Source of the DNA: an uncultured delta proteobacterium
Lineage (GTDB): Bacteria > Myxococcota_A > Polyangia > Fen-1088
Reading direction: 5' to 3'
Assembly: GCA_963767925.1 (NCBI GenBank)
Contig: CAVYGB010000008.1
Coordinates: forward strand, 1,952,001-2,016,000
DNA length: 64,000 nt
Under the pieces are notes generated by a model, which worked only from the letters and a program-made list of their open reading frames with translations, was not told where the DNA came from and made no database searches. Within the stretch, counting starts at the first letter, position 1, and the number at the start of each line of letters is the position of its first letter. Shown piece by piece: positions 33,903 through 44,784 of the stretch. Both the position numbers and the translations under genes were made by a program.

Positions 33903-35678
33903 GTGGTGGCCCCTGGTGACCGGCTCCTGGTGCTGCTCGGCCGGGTACGACGGCGTATCCGCGCGCAGGCGGCGCTGCAAGGAGCGATCGCGGGCGCGCT
34001 CGTCGCGGCGGTGGCGGTCAATGTCGTGCTCCTGGTGAACGCGGTCGGGCGGTTCGATCGTCCCCCCGCGCCCGCCATCTGGCTGACCGGGCTGGGCTTC
34101 GGGCTGCTGGGGGCGGCCCTGTCCCTGTGGCGGCGGCCGAGCAGCCTGGCGGGCGCAGCCCGTCGGGTCGACCGGGCGGCCAGCGGCGACGCCGGCCAGG
34201 GCGGAGGCGATCGGGTATTCGTCGCCTTTTTCCTTCGCGGTCAGGAAGCGTCCGAGCTGGCCCGGGCGGCCCTCGAGGGGGCCGTGCGCCTCGCGACGGG
34301 AACGTCGCTGGCGGCGGCGGCGCCCTGGCGCTGCCCGCGCGGACTGGGGCTGCTGGGAGGGCTCGCGACGCTGGCGATCGGCCTCGCCGTCTGGCCCTGG
34401 CCGTCGGCCGCCGAGAGCGCTGCCACCAGCCGGGAGCCGGACGAACGCGCGCGCCGGGCGGTGCGGGGCGAGCTGGATCGCTTGCACCGGGCCGCCGGGC
34501 TGCGCGGCGACGCCGACCTGATGGCGCTCATCGCCCAGGCCGACGGGCTTCTGGCCCGGGAGAGCGGCGGATCCACGGTGAACCCCGAGCTGCGCGAGCG
34601 GCTGGCGGCGGTGGCCGCGGCGGCGCGGCTGTCGGCCCAGGCCGGCACGGCCGTCTCGGACGCCCTCGCCCGCATCGCCGAGGCCCTTGCCGCCGAGCCG
34701 CAGACGCGCGCCTGGGCCGAGGCGCTCTCGCGCCTGGAGGCGGGGGCCTCCGAGCGCGAAGCCAGCGCCGCCTCGAACCGGCTCTCCGGACTGGGCGCGG
34801 CCGAGCGGGCAGCGCTGGCCGAGGCCCTGTCCCGCGCGGCGGCGGCCGCCGGGGCCCTCGCGGGGGCCGAGTCCGAGAAGCAGAAGCAGGCCGAGGCCGA
34901 GGAGCAGCGGCGCCGCTTGTCGGGCTTGCAGGACGAGCCGGCGGCCCGGGCCGGGGGCGAGCAACAGAAGGCTCCCCCTCAGGAGCCCGGCGCGGCCGAG
35001 CGAAGCCTGAAGCGGCTCGAGCGGGACCTGCAGGACACGGCCGATCGCTGTCGAGCCGATCCGGCGGCGTGTGCGCGGGCGATGAATCAGGCGGCCGAAT
35101 CGCTCGGTTCGGAGATGGCCCGCGCGCGCTCCTCGGGCGAAAACCAGCAACTCGCCCAGACCCTCGAGCGCGAGCTGAGCCGCCAGGCCGGCGCGGGGGG
35201 GCCGGGAGGGGTTGCAGGGCCCAGCTCCGGCAGCGGCGCGGGGTCCAGCGCGCGCGGCGAGGCCGGCGGAACGGAGGCTCCGGCAGCGGCCGCCGCGGCC
35301 GGCGAGACCGCCCCCGGTGCCGGCGCCGCCGCGGAGACCGCCGGCGGCGCGGAGGCCAGCCCGATGGCGGCCGGTGGCGGAGCTGGCGTCGGCGCCGGAC
35401 AGGGCGAGGGGGCCGGCGGCGACGGCCCCGGATCGGGATCGCTGGCCGGCGGCGAGCGGACCGGCGAGAAGCGAGAGGTGCGGGTTCCGATGGGACCCGG
35501 TCCCTCGCGGGCCGAAGTGATCGAAGGTGGCGCCCGGCGCGGGTTCACCGAGCCCGGGTACCGGCGCGTGTACCGCGACTACGAGGCGGCCATCGAGGAG
35601 ACGCTCGACGCGACCGCGGTGCCGCCCGGGCGGCGGCGGCTGGTGCGCCGTTACTTCGATCTCATCCACCCCCGCTAG
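33903..35678 (+). CDS. Membrane-anchored coiled-coil protein of MoxR operon
   Basis: N-terminal TM helices, coiled coil, Gly-rich linker and C-terminal VPPGRRRLVRRYFD. Confidence 0.7.
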   Translation: MVAPGDRLLVLLGRVRRRIRAQAALQGAIAGALVAAVAVNVVLLVNAVGRFDRPPAPAIWLTGLGFGLLGAALSLWRRPSSLAGAARRVDRAASGDAGQGGGDRVFVAFFLRGQEASELARAALEGAVRLATGTSLAAAAPWRCPRGLGLLGGLATLAIGLAVWPWPSAAESAATSREPDERARRAVRGELDRLHRAAGLRGDADLMALIAQADGLLARESGGSTVNPELRERLAAVAAAARLSAQAGTAVSDALARIAEALAAEPQTRAWAEALSRLEAGASEREASAASNRLSGLGAAERAALAEALSRAAAAAGALAGAESEKQKQAEAEEQRRRLSGLQDEPAARAGGEQQKAPPQEPGAAERSLKRLERDLQDTADRCRADPAACARAMNQAAESLGSEMARARSSGENQQLAQTLERELSRQAGAGGPGGVAGPSSGSGAGSSARGEAGGTEAPAAAAAAGETAPGAGAAAETAGGAEASPMAAGGGAGVGAGQGEGAGGDGPGSGSLAGGERTGEKREVRVPMGPGPSRAEVIEGGARRGFTEPGYRRVYRDYEAAIEETLDATAVPPGRRRLVRRYFDLIHPR

Positions 35679-35685
35679 GAGGACC

Positions 35686-36666
35686 ATGGAGGCAGCCCAG
35701 GCCGTAGAACGCTTCGTGCAGGACTCGGAAGGGTTCCTGGCCGAGATCGGACGCCGCATCGTCGGCCAGAGGGCCATCCTCGACGGGCTCCTGACCTCCC
35801 TGCTGGCCGGGGGACACGTCCTGCTCGAAGGCGTCCCCGGGCTGGGCAAGACAGCGATGGTCCGGGCGCTGGCCGGCGCGCTCGACCTGACCTTCTCCCG
35901 GATCCAGTTCACCCCGGATCTGATGCCCTCCGACATCACCGGCACCAACATCCTCGTCGAGTCGGCGGAGGGCGGGCGCCGCTTCCAGTTCCAGCAAGGT
36001 CCCGTGTTCTCCCATGTGGTCCTCGCCGACGAGGTCAACCGGGCCACCCCCAAGACCCAGAGCGCGCTGCTCGAGGCCATGCAGGAGCACTCCGTGACGG
36101 TGGGCCGCACCACCCACGCCCTGCCCCTACCTTTCTTCGTGCTGGCCACCCAGAACCCGATCGAGCTCGAGGGGACCTACCCCCTGCCCGAGGCCCAGCT
36201 CGATCGCTTCCTGTTCAAGCTGCGGGTGAACGCCCCCAGCCGGGACGAGCTGCACGCGATCCTCGACCGGACCACCGGGTCGGACGAGCCAGTCCTGCGA
36301 TCGGTTGTGGACCGGGACCGGCTCCTCGGCATGCGGAAGCTGGTGCGGGAGGTCCCGGTGGCCCGGCCGGTGCAGGACTACGTGGTCCGCCTCGTGGAGG
36401 CGACCCACCCGGAGACCTCGACCATCGCCGAGGTGAAGAAGTACGTCCGGTTCGGCAGCTCTCCCCGAGGTGCCCAGGCCATGCTCCTGGGGGCCAAGGT
36501 GGCGGCCCTGCGGGCGGGTCGCTTCTCGCCCTCCTTCGAGGACGTCCGGGTGATGGCGGCGCCGTCGCTCCGGCACCGGGTGCTGCTCAACTTCGAGGGT
36601 GAGACCGACGCGGTGGGGACCGACCGGATCGTCACCGCCCTGCTCGAGCGTATCCCCGAGACCTAG
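35686..36666 (+). CDS. moxR: MoxR family AAA+ ATPase
   Basis: LLEGVPGLGKT, RIQFTPDLMPSD, ADEVNRATPKTQSALLEAM and LPEAQLDRF motifs; AGGAGG RBS. Confidence 0.95.
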   Translation: MEAAQAVERFVQDSEGFLAEIGRRIVGQRAILDGLLTSLLAGGHVLLEGVPGLGKTAMVRALAGALDLTFSRIQFTPDLMPSDITGTNILVESAEGGRRFQFQQGPVFSHVVLADEVNRATPKTQSALLEAMQEHSVTVGRTTHALPLPFFVLATQNPIELEGTYPLPEAQLDRFLFKLRVNAPSRDELHAILDRTTGSDEPVLRSVVDRDRLLGMRKLVREVPVARPVQDYVVRLVEATHPETSTIAEVKKYVRFGSSPRGAQAMLLGAKVAALRAGRFSPSFEDVRVMAAPSLRHRVLLNFEGETDAVGTDRIVTALLERIPET

Positions 36667-36669
36667 ACC

Positions 36670-37575
36670 ATGCCCGGGAGCTCGCCAGCGGTCTCCGCGC
36701 GCGGCCTGTTCGAGGAGGCCTTCCTGCGCAAGCTGCAGCAACTCTCCATCGTGGCCAAGCGGGTCGCGCACGGCAGCGGCCGGGGCGAGCGCAAGACCCG
36801 CCGCAGCGGGGCCGGGCTGGAGTTCGCCGACCACCGGGAGTACAGCGCCGGCGACGACCTCCGCCGCATCGACTGGAACCTCTACGGGCGCATCGGGCGG
36901 CCGCTGGTCCGCCTGTTCGACGAGGAAGAGGAGCTGGCCATGTACCTGCTGGTCGACAGCAGCGCTTCGATGGGCATCGGCGCGCGCCCCAAGCTGCAGA
37001 TCGCCTGCGAGACCGCGGCGGCGCTGGCCTACATCGGGCTCGGGGGCCGCGATCGGGTCGCGGTCCACCCCTTCGCCGCCGAGCTGGCCGACGGCGTGGG
37101 CCCGCTGCGCGGCCGCCAGCGGATCCACCCGGTGCTCAGCCTCCTCGATCAGCTCGTCCCGGCTGGGCGCACCGACCTGGCCCTGGCGGCGGCCGCCTTC
37201 GTGGGCCGGCACCGCCGCAAGGGGGTGGTCATCATCCTCTCGGACTTCTTCGACCCGGCCGGCACCGAGCCGGCCCTCGATCGCCTGCGCGCCCACCGCT
37301 TCGAGCCGGTCCTGGTCCACATCACCGCCTGGGAGGACCGCCGGGCGCCCGATGACGACGATCTGATGGTCGTCGACAGCGAATCCGGGCAGGAATACGT
37401 CGTCACGCTCGACGAGGAGGCGCGCCTGGCCTACGAGCGCGAGGTGGGGGCCCGGCTGGAGGCGCTCCAGCGATTTTGCCGGCAGCGGTCGGTGTCCTGC
37501 TTTCCGGTGAGCGCCGAGCAGGCGTTCGACGGGGTGGTGCTGCGCCTGCTGCACGCCGGCGGCCTGCTGACCTAG
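36670..37575 (+). CDS. DUF58 domain protein
   Basis: GLEFADHREYSAGDDLRRIDWN and LVDSSASM motifs. Confidence 0.92.
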   Translation: MPGSSPAVSARGLFEEAFLRKLQQLSIVAKRVAHGSGRGERKTRRSGAGLEFADHREYSAGDDLRRIDWNLYGRIGRPLVRLFDEEEELAMYLLVDSSASMGIGARPKLQIACETAAALAYIGLGGRDRVAVHPFAAELADGVGPLRGRQRIHPVLSLLDQLVPAGRTDLALAAAAFVGRHRRKGVVIILSDFFDPAGTEPALDRLRAHRFEPVLVHITAWEDRRAPDDDDLMVVDSESGQEYVVTLDEEARLAYEREVGARLEALQRFCRQRSVSCFPVSAEQAFDGVVLRLLHAGGLLT

Positions 37576-37582
37576 GCGAGCC

Positions 37583-39274
37583 GTGTTCACCCTCTTCGGT
37601 TACACGCTCGCGCTGGCTCCGGCGCAGCTCGCCGCCCTGGCCCTGGCGGCGATCGGCCTGCTGGCGGCCGCCCACCTGGTGGGGCGCCGGCCCCGGCGGA
37701 TGCTCGTCTCGACGATCGACCCCTGGAGCCTGCCCCGGGGACCGGCACGCCGATCCCGCCTCGGCTGGCGCATCCAGCGCTGGTTGACCTTCCTCCTGCA
37801 CGCCGCGATCGCGCTGCTGCTGGTGCTGGCCCTGGCCGATCCCCGGCCCGGCGGGGGCCAAGCCGGGGGCCGAGCCATCGCCTTGCTCCTGGATCGGTCG
37901 GCCTCGATGGCCGCCCGGGCCGGAGCCGGCACCCGGATCGACGAGGCCCGCGAGCAGGCGCGGGCCATCGCCGCCCGGCTCGAGCCCGGCGATCGGGTCC
38001 TGGTGGCAGGGTTCGCCCGCCAGCTCGAGGTGGAGACCACCTGGACCGCCGACGCCGCCGCGATCGAGGCGGCGATCGCCCGGATCGAGGTGGGGACCCA
38101 GGCCGACGACCTGCCGGCCGCCGTCACGGCGGTCACCGCCCTGGTGACTGGCCGGGACCGCCCGCGCATCGTCGCCATCGGCGATCGGCGCGCCCCGGCC
38201 GCCCCAGTGGAGTACGTCGCGGTCGGTGAGCCGGTGGACAACGTGGGCATCGTGGGGCTGACCCTGCAGCGCACCGACGAGGAGCCGAGGGCAGAGGCCT
38301 TCTTGACCGTGCAGGCCTCGGCGCGGACCGGGGGAAAGGCGCGCATCGACCTCGTCTCGCTGCCAGGCGGGCGGCGGGTCCAGAGCGCCGTGGTGGACCT
38401 TCCGGCGCGCGGCACCCGCACCGTGCGCCTGTCGTTCGCGGCGGCTGGTGCGACGAGGCTGGCGGCCGTGCTCGTCGAGCCGGCGCCCGGTCCGGGCAAT
38501 GCCCTGCTGGCCGACGACCGGGCGGTCGCGCTGCTGCCGCCCGTGGCCCGGCGCCGCGTGCTCCTGGTATCGGACGGGAACCTCTATCTGGAGGGCGCCC
38601 TGCGCAGCTTCGGCCCGGGCCTGCTGCTGGATCAGCGCCCCGCCTCCGGTCCGCCGGTGGGTAAGCAGGAGGCGAGCAGCTACGATGCCGTGGTGTTCGA
38701 TGGCGTGGCCCCCCTGCCCCCGCCGGCCGCTGGCCGGTACCTCTACCTCGACCCCTCGGGACCGGGGAGCCCCTTCCCTGTCCGGGGCCTGCTGCGCGAC
38801 CCGATCCCCACCGAGCTGGCCAGGAATCACCCGCTGCTCCGCCACGTGACCCTGGCCGACCTGAACATCCGCGAAGCCCGGCGCCTGAGCGCCAGCCCGG
38901 GCGACGTGGTGGTGGCGGCCGCCCTCGGCGTCCCGCTCATCCTCGCCCGGGAGCGACCCGGCCTGCGGATCGTCGCGCTCGGCTTCGACCTGCGGCGGTC
39001 CGACCTTCCCATGCGCCCCACCCTCCCCCTGTTGCTGGCCAACGCGCTCGACTGGCTGGCGGCCGTCCCTGGCCAGCCGACCGGCGAGCCGGGCGGAGTG
39101 CCCCTCGATCCCGCGGAGGTGGACACCCGGGACGCGGCCGCGGGGACGGCGCCGGCGCCACCCGCGCCGCCCCGGCTCGCCAGCACCTTGCCAGCGGTGC
39201 ACCTGTTCCTGCTGGTGGCGCTGGCCCTCGCCCTGGCCGAGTGGTGGGCCCACCGGCGACGATGGACAAGCTGA
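37583..39274 (+). CDS. BatA/VWA domain membrane protein
   Basis: N-terminal double TM, LLDRSASM MIDAS motif and a C-terminal TM. Confidence 0.85.
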   Translation: MFTLFGYTLALAPAQLAALALAAIGLLAAAHLVGRRPRRMLVSTIDPWSLPRGPARRSRLGWRIQRWLTFLLHAAIALLLVLALADPRPGGGQAGGRAIALLLDRSASMAARAGAGTRIDEAREQARAIAARLEPGDRVLVAGFARQLEVETTWTADAAAIEAAIARIEVGTQADDLPAAVTAVTALVTGRDRPRIVAIGDRRAPAAPVEYVAVGEPVDNVGIVGLTLQRTDEEPRAEAFLTVQASARTGGKARIDLVSLPGGRRVQSAVVDLPARGTRTVRLSFAAAGATRLAAVLVEPAPGPGNALLADDRAVALLPPVARRRVLLVSDGNLYLEGALRSFGPGLLLDQRPASGPPVGKQEASSYDAVVFDGVAPLPPPAAGRYLYLDPSGPGSPFPVRGLLRDPIPTELARNHPLLRHVTLADLNIREARRLSASPGDVVVAAALGVPLILARERPGLRIVALGFDLRRSDLPMRPTLPLLLANALDWLAAVPGQPTGEPGGVPLDPAEVDTRDAAAGTAPAPPAPPRLASTLPAVHLFLLVALALALAEWWAHRRRWTS

Positions 39275-41979
39275 GCGCAGCGCTTCGCCTCCTGGGCGGG
39301 TCCTGGCAGGTGGCCGAGCCGGCCTGGTTGCTGCTGCTGCTCCCGCTGGTGGTTCCCCACCTGCTGCTGCTGCGGGGCACTCTCCCCTCGCGCAAGCGGC
39401 GGGTGCTGCTGGCCCTGCGGCTGACCTGGCTGACTCTGGCGGTCCTGGCCCTCGCCGGCCCGGCCCGGCTGCGGCGAGCGGCGGAGGTCTCGGTGGTGGC
39501 GCTGCTCGATGTCTCGAGCAGCGTGCGAGAGGCCGAGCTGGCCGGCGGCCGTGCCCTGCTCGCGCGGGTCGAGGCGGAGACCGCCCGCCGGCGCGGACGC
39601 ACCTCGCTGGCGGCGCTGAAGTTCGCCGCCCATCCGTCCGATCTGCTTGCCACCGCGCGCGCCGCCCCGCCCCCCCGTCTCGCGGGGCCGGCCGGCGAGG
39701 AGTCGGACCTGGCGCTGGCCCTCGAGGTGGGGCTGGCCCGGCTCGACCCCGACCGGATCGGGCGGTTGCTCCTGATCAGCGACGGACGCCCCACCCGGGG
39801 CGATCTCCTCGAGGCGGCCGAACGCGCGCGGCGCCGGGGCGTGCGGGTCTTCGTCCATCCCCTCGCCGCTGCGACCACCCCGGAAGCGGCTGCCGAGAGT
39901 GATGTCGCGATCGCTGGCCTGACCGGCCCCGCGGCCGTTCAGCCGGGAGAGAGCTTCGAGGTGGAGGCCCGGATCGCCGCCAGCCACCCGGCCAACGTCC
40001 GGCTGCGGCTGCTCCGGGACGGACAGCCTACCGGCCCCGCCGGGGAGCGGTCGCTGTCGCTGCGATCGGGGATCGAGGTGGTCCGGTTCACCACCCGGCT
40101 CGCCGGGGAGACACCGGCCCGCTTCCGCCTGCAGGTCGAGCAAACCCACCCCGACCGCGAGCCTCGCAACGACGCCGCGACGCTGGCCATTGCCCCGCGA
40201 TCGCGCGGGCGGGTCCTGATCGCCGAGCCGGTCGCGGGCAGCACCCTCGCCTTTCGCCGCGCCCTGGCTGCCGAGGAGATCGAAGTTCAGACGGCGCTGG
40301 GGGCCAACCTGCCCGACCTCGACCGCCTGCCGGAGCTCGACCTCGTCGTGCTCTCCGACCTGGGGACCGGGCTTTCCGAGGCCAGCGCCGCTGCCCTCGA
40401 GCGGTTCGTGCGCGAACGGGGCGGCGGCCTGCTGGTGACCGGGGGCCCCGACGGTGGCGCCAGCGGGGGGACGGGACGGGCCCGCTTCGAGGCGATGCTG
40501 CCGCTTTCTTACGAGGCGACCGAACAGAAGGAGGAGGCGACCCTCGCGCTCGGCCTGATCATCGATCGGTCCGGATCCATGAGCGGACCGAAGATGGACC
40601 TCACAAAGGAGGCCGCCCGGGGCGCCGCCGAGCTGATGAACGCGCAGGACCTCATCACCGTTGTCACCTTCGACAGCCAGGCCCAGACCGTGGTGCGGCT
40701 GCAGCCGGCCTCGAACCGACAGCGCATCCTCAGCGACATCGCCCAGGTCCGGGCCAGCGGCGGCACCAACGTGTTACCCGGCCTGCAGGAGGCCTTCGAT
40801 CAGCTCCTGGCCGCCCGGGCCCGGAAGAAACACGCCATCGTGCTGTCCGACGGTCAGTCTCCGGCCGAGGGCGTGCGCGAGCTGATCGACGAGGCCGCCG
40901 CCGCCGGCATCACCGTGTCGGCGGTGGCGGTGGGCGACGGCGCCGACCTGGCCCTGCTGCAGACCATCGCCGCCCGCGGCGGCGGGCGCTTCTATCACAC
41001 GCGCGATCCGGCGAGCATCCCCCGCATCTTCACCCGCGAGACCACCCGATTCACGCCCACCAACCTCGTCGAGGCGCCCAGCCGCATCCGGAAGACCCGA
41101 CCGGCGCGCGCCATCGAAGGGATCCCCTTCGCCGCCGCGCCCCCGCTCGGGGGGTACGCCCGGGCCCGTCCGAGGCGGGGAGCGGAGGTCTTGCTGGTGA
41201 GCGGCGACGGCGATCCCCTGCTGGCCCGCTGGCAGCTCGGGCTCGGTCAGGTGCTGGTCTGGACCAGCGACATCACCCCGCGCTGGTCGGGCGAATGGTT
41301 GCGCTGGCGCCCCTTCAACAAGCTCTGGGGTCAGGTCGCGCGCAGCGCCCTCCGCCGGCCGGCCGGCCGGTCCCTGCCGATGTCGATCGCCCTCGAGCTC
41401 GACCGGGCGGTTGTGCAGGTCCGGGCCTTCGACTCGGAGGACCGACAACTCGCCGGCCTGCAAGGCACGCTCCGGGTCATCGACGTCGCCGCGACCGGGC
41501 CGATCCCGACCACCACCTCGCGATCGATCCCGCTCTCGCCCGCGGGTGGCGGCAGCTATCGGGCCGAGCTGTCGCTGGGGAGCGCGGCTTCCCTGCTGCT
41601 CACCGCCGAGCTGCAGGGCGACTCCCGGGAAGGCCCCTTGCGGCTGGCCGGCCACGGGCAACTGGCGATCCCCCCGCTGCGCGAGCTCCTGCCCCCGGGT
41701 GCGGAGCAGGCCAGCGATGCCCTCAGCGGTCGCCCCCTGCTGCGGGCGGTGGCGGCCCGCACCGGCGGCGCCGAGGTCGGGACCGACCTGGCGCCGCTGC
41801 TCGACGCGGGGCCTGCCGGGGACGGGGTGGAGGACGAGGTGGATGTCTGGCAGCCCCTGAGGAAGCTGCTGCTGGGCGCGGCGCTCGCGCTTTTTCTTGC
41901 GGAAATCGCCACCCGCCGTGCTAATTTCCGCCGTCCTGATCGGCGTCGGGGGGACGGCCCACCAACGCTCTCGGGCTGA
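39262..41979 (+). CDS. VWA domain membrane protein with two VWA and glutamine-amidotransferase-like domains
   Basis: LLDVSSSV and [13 protein letters not shown] motifs, GGGLLVTGG, and [14 protein letters not shown]. Confidence 0.85.
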   Translation: MDKLSAALRLLGGSWQVAEPAWLLLLLPLVVPHLLLLRGTLPSRKRRVLLALRLTWLTLAVLALAGPARLRRAAEVSVVALLDVSSSVREAELAGGRALLARVEAETARRRGRTSLAALKFAAHPSDLLATARAAPPPRLAGPAGEESDLALALEVGLARLDPDRIGRLLLISDGRPTRGDLLEAAERARRRGVRVFVHPLAAATTPEAAAESDVAIAGLTGPAAVQPGESFEVEARIAASHPANVRLRLLRDGQPTGPAGERSLSLRSGIEVVRFTTRLAGETPARFRLQVEQTHPDREPRNDAATLAIAPRSRGRVLIAEPVAGSTLAFRRALAAEEIEVQTALGANLPDLDRLPELDLVVLSDLGTGLSEASAAALERFVRERGGGLLVTGGPDGGASGGTGRARFEAMLPLSYEATEQKEEATLALGLIIDRSGSMSGPKMDLTKEAARGAAELMNAQDLITVVTFDSQAQTVVRLQPASNRQRILSDIAQVRASGGTNVLPGLQEAFDQLLAARARKKHAIVLSDGQSPAEGVRELIDEAAAAGITVSAVAVGDGADLALLQTIAARGGGRFYHTRDPASIPRIFTRETTRFTPTNLVEAPSRIRKTRPARAIEGIPFAAAPPLGGYARARPRRGAEVLLVSGDGDPLLARWQLGLGQVLVWTSDITPRWSGEWLRWRPFNKLWGQVARSALRRPAGRSLPMSIALELDRAVVQVRAFDSEDRQLAGLQGTLRVIDVAATGPIPTTTSRSIPLSPAGGGSYRAELSLGSAASLLLTAELQGDSREGPLRLAGHGQLAIPPLRELLPPGAEQASDALSGRPLLRAVAARTGGAEVGTDLAPLLDAGPAGDGVEDEVDVWQPLRKLLLGAALALFLAEIATRRANFRRPDRRRGDGPPTLSG

Positions 41980-41993
41980 GATATCGAAGTCTT

Positions 41994-42067
41994 CGGGGCG
42001 TGGCGCAGCCTGGTAGCGCGTTCGGTTCGGGACCGAAAGGTCGCAGGTTCAAATCCTGTCGCCCCGA
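41994..42067 (+). tRNA. tRNA-Pro (anticodon CGG), CCA not encoded
   Basis: CGGGGCGTGGCGCAGCCTGGTAGCGCGTTCGGTTCGGGACCGAAAGGTCGCAGGTTCAAATCCTGTCGCCCCGA folds as a cloverleaf. Confidence 0.95.
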
Positions 42068-42090
42068 CTCGTTTTATACTGTCCTTCTCG

Positions 42091-42300
42091 CTACTTGCTG
42101 ATCGCCGCCTGACCCGTTTGCACCTGGTTTGCACGGGCGGCGGACGTGTCGAGCGCTCCGATGAGCTCCCGGCCGGCTCCGGGTGCCAGGTGGACATACC
42201 GCTGGGTGGTCACGATGCTGGAGTGGCCGAGCCAGACCTGGACCTGGCGGAGGGGTACGCCGGCGATGGAGAGCTGGGATCCGAAGGAATGGCGGTTATC
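42091..42300 (-). pseudogene. Tyrosine integrase C-terminal remnant
   Basis: RHSFGSQLSIAGVPLRQVQVWLGHSSIVTTQRYVH (box II with catalytic Tyr); the rest of the gene is missing. Confidence 0.85.
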
Positions 42301-42339
42301 CGGCGCTCGGGATAATGGCGAATGTCGTGCCACCGCACC

Positions 42340-42885
42340 CTCCGGAGCCCGGCCGCACCTGGCAGGCCGATCTGGACCAGCTTCTCAGCACCCGGCGGCT
42401 ATCCCGATTGAGCGCGCCGAGACGTGTCCCATCACGCAGCCGAATGGCGACCGACCCGTGCTGCGACTGCTGCTCGACCTTGACCTCGAACGGTTTTTGA
42501 GCACACGGTCCAGGTGCCCTTTCCACGCCCGCTCGAGATCCCAGATGCGTCTGCCCGTGTTCCCTCCCGCCTTGCTATTGACCGAAACGTGCCGACCGGT
42601 CGCTCGATTCCGGACGAACTTGGCCACCAGCAGGTGCACGTGAAAGTGAACCTCCCCCGCCTCGTTCCGCGTATGAACCGCCCCCACCGCGCTAACGTCA
42701 AGTCCGACGAACGTGTGTTCTCGATCGTGGCGGCGACCGCCCCGTAGACCGCTTCTTTCGCGTGCTGCCGATGCCCTTCCGCGTACAACGAGATCTCTTT
42801 GGGCACCGTGAGCGTGAAGCTCTTGTGCCCCGCTTCGCGCGGCGGTCGTACGGCCGAGGTGATCGACGGAAAAGTTTCCGACCAG
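42340..42885 (-). pseudogene. HUH relaxase (TrwC/MOBF-like) remnant, frameshifted
   Basis: SFTLTVPKEISL (motif II-like) in one frame and HTRNEAGEVHFHVHLLV (motif III-like) in the next. Confidence 0.65.
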
Positions 42886-43365
42886 CGCGCCCGGGCCCAC
42901 GCTGCCGCCACGGCGAAAAGCGCGAACAGAACCAGCACGACCCCAGTGCAAAGGTCGCGCCGGCGTCCCAAGCCGCGATAGTCATCCGGGAGACTCCCGA
43001 CGCGCAGGAATTTGTTCGGGAGGGTCGGACCGCGCATTTTTCAGCGGCACAGGACCGTCGCCAGCGGCTCGCGCCCGCTGGCTGGTCAGATCCGTACGAA
43101 CTGACAATCATTTTTCGGGATTCGAAGAGATGGTCTGGGTTCGCACCGCTCGCGACAAGAGTAAGGCGTGCCTGTCGACTCAGGGGGACCCATAAGGGGT
43201 CCGGGCCCCTCAACAACGACGACCCTTTGGGCACAGCCATGGCAGCGCCCACCTCAACCGCTGTAGCGAGGCCGAATCATGCAAAGACAGAGCGAAGGTG
43301 TCTACCCCTCCCAGGATCCGCGCCTCCCGCGGGAGATTCGCGACCGCGTATTTGGCGCCATTGCG

Positions 43366-43566
43366 CTGACACGAAGCGAAGCCTTTCACCCGGACGCAGC
43401 CGGCGCCGCCATCGGGTCCGCGGCGGGCCTGGCGGCGATGTTGCTGGTGGACCTCTGGTGCCCGGTCGCTTTTCTGCCCCACCTGCTGCTCGGTCACCTG
43501 GCGCCGATTGCGGTCATCGTGTTCCTCGGCATGCGATTGGGTTCGCGGCTGCTCGCCCCGGCCTGA
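43366..43566 (+). pseudogene. NrsF/DUF1109-like membrane protein C-terminal fragment
   Basis: GAAIGSAAG...VDLWCP...HLLLGHLAP pattern; no N-terminus. Confidence 0.55.
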
Positions 43567-43596
43567 GTTCGACATCCGATTCGGTTGCAAGACTGC

Positions 43597-44490
43597 ATGG
43601 TTTCCGACCTCGAATCTCTGCGGTGCTTCGAAGCGGCCGCTTCGATGCTCAGCTTCCGGGCGGGCGCCAGTCGAGTTGGCCTCTCGCCCCCGGCGCTCAG
43701 CGACCGCATCCGTCGGCTGGAGGAGGGGCTGGGCGAGCGGCTCTTCGACCGGAGCAAGCGTCAAGTGACCCTCACGGCTGCTGGGCTCCGCCTGCTCCCG
43801 CACGCCCGCGATCTTCTGGCGGCCAACGCCCGCTGCTCGGCGGTCGCCCGCGGCGCGGATACCGAATCCCCCTTCGAGCTGCGACTGGGGACCCGTTTCG
43901 AGCTGGGGCTTTCCTGGCTGGTTCCGGCCCTTCGAGCGCTCGAGACGGCGGTTCCAGCCCGCACGCTGCATCTTTGCTTCGGGGACCACTCGGACATGTT
44001 CGCCCGGATCAAACAGGGCACCATCGACTGCGCGGTCACCAGCGCCCGTATCGCGGAGGGGGCGATCGACTACCGGGTGCTTCACCCGGAGACCTATGTC
44101 TTCGTGGCGACCACCGCCCTCGTTCGACGACGTCCCTTTCGCAACGCCGCAGACGCACCCGCCCATACCCTCGTGGACATCAGCCCGGATCTGCCGCTCG
44201 CGCGCTACTTTCTCGATCAGGCCGGGGGCACGGTCGATTGGCGCTTCTCCCGGCTGGAGTACCTGGGCACCATCGCGGCCGTGCGGCTGAGGGTGCTGCA
44301 GGGCGGGGGGGTGGCCGTGCTACCTCACTACTTCGTAGTGCAGGATCTGGCGCGCGGACACCTGCGGCCGATCATGCCCAGGGTGCGCCTCCAGCGTGAC
44401 AGCTTCCGTCTGATCTGGCGTCGCGGTCATCCCGCCTCTCCCATGATCGAACGTCTCGCAGGCGACCTGATCGCCCTGCCGCTCGCCTGA
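43597..44490 (+). CDS. LysR family transcriptional regulator
   Basis: HTH LSFRAGASRVGLSPPALSDRIRRLEEGLGERLFDRSKRQVTLTAAG plus substrate-binding domain. Confidence 0.93.
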   Translation: MVSDLESLRCFEAAASMLSFRAGASRVGLSPPALSDRIRRLEEGLGERLFDRSKRQVTLTAAGLRLLPHARDLLAANARCSAVARGADTESPFELRLGTRFELGLSWLVPALRALETAVPARTLHLCFGDHSDMFARIKQGTIDCAVTSARIAEGAIDYRVLHPETYVFVATTALVRRRPFRNAADAPAHTLVDISPDLPLARYFLDQAGGTVDWRFSRLEYLGTIAAVRLRVLQGGGVAVLPHYFVVQDLARGHLRPIMPRVRLQRDSFRLIWRRGHPASPMIERLAGDLIALPLA

Positions 44491-44784
44491 CCGACCGCTG
44501 ATCTTGCCCCGCTTTTGCGGACCTCCCCCAGAGGCGAAGATGCCTCGAAAAGTGTTCTTGGTCGGCGGCTGAGGTCGTGCGCGATCTCGACCTGATGTAC
44601 CGACTGCAGGTGACTCAGGCAGCACGAGAAGACCGTCCACGAAGACGGCAAGATCACCGGCGCCGTTCGGCAAACCAGAACAGAACCGAACCGAACAGGC
44701 GGCCGACCGCACCGTGGCGGGCTACCCACAGTGGTGGTCATGACCACATCGACTATTTCCAGGTCGTACCCTCCGCTGCACGTG

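Noticed and set aside
31289..33919. Long antisense ORFs (also 49972-52392, 33897-36149, 22373-23968 and others)
   Set aside because: Shadow ORFs opposite well-supported genes, typical of GC-rich codon bias.
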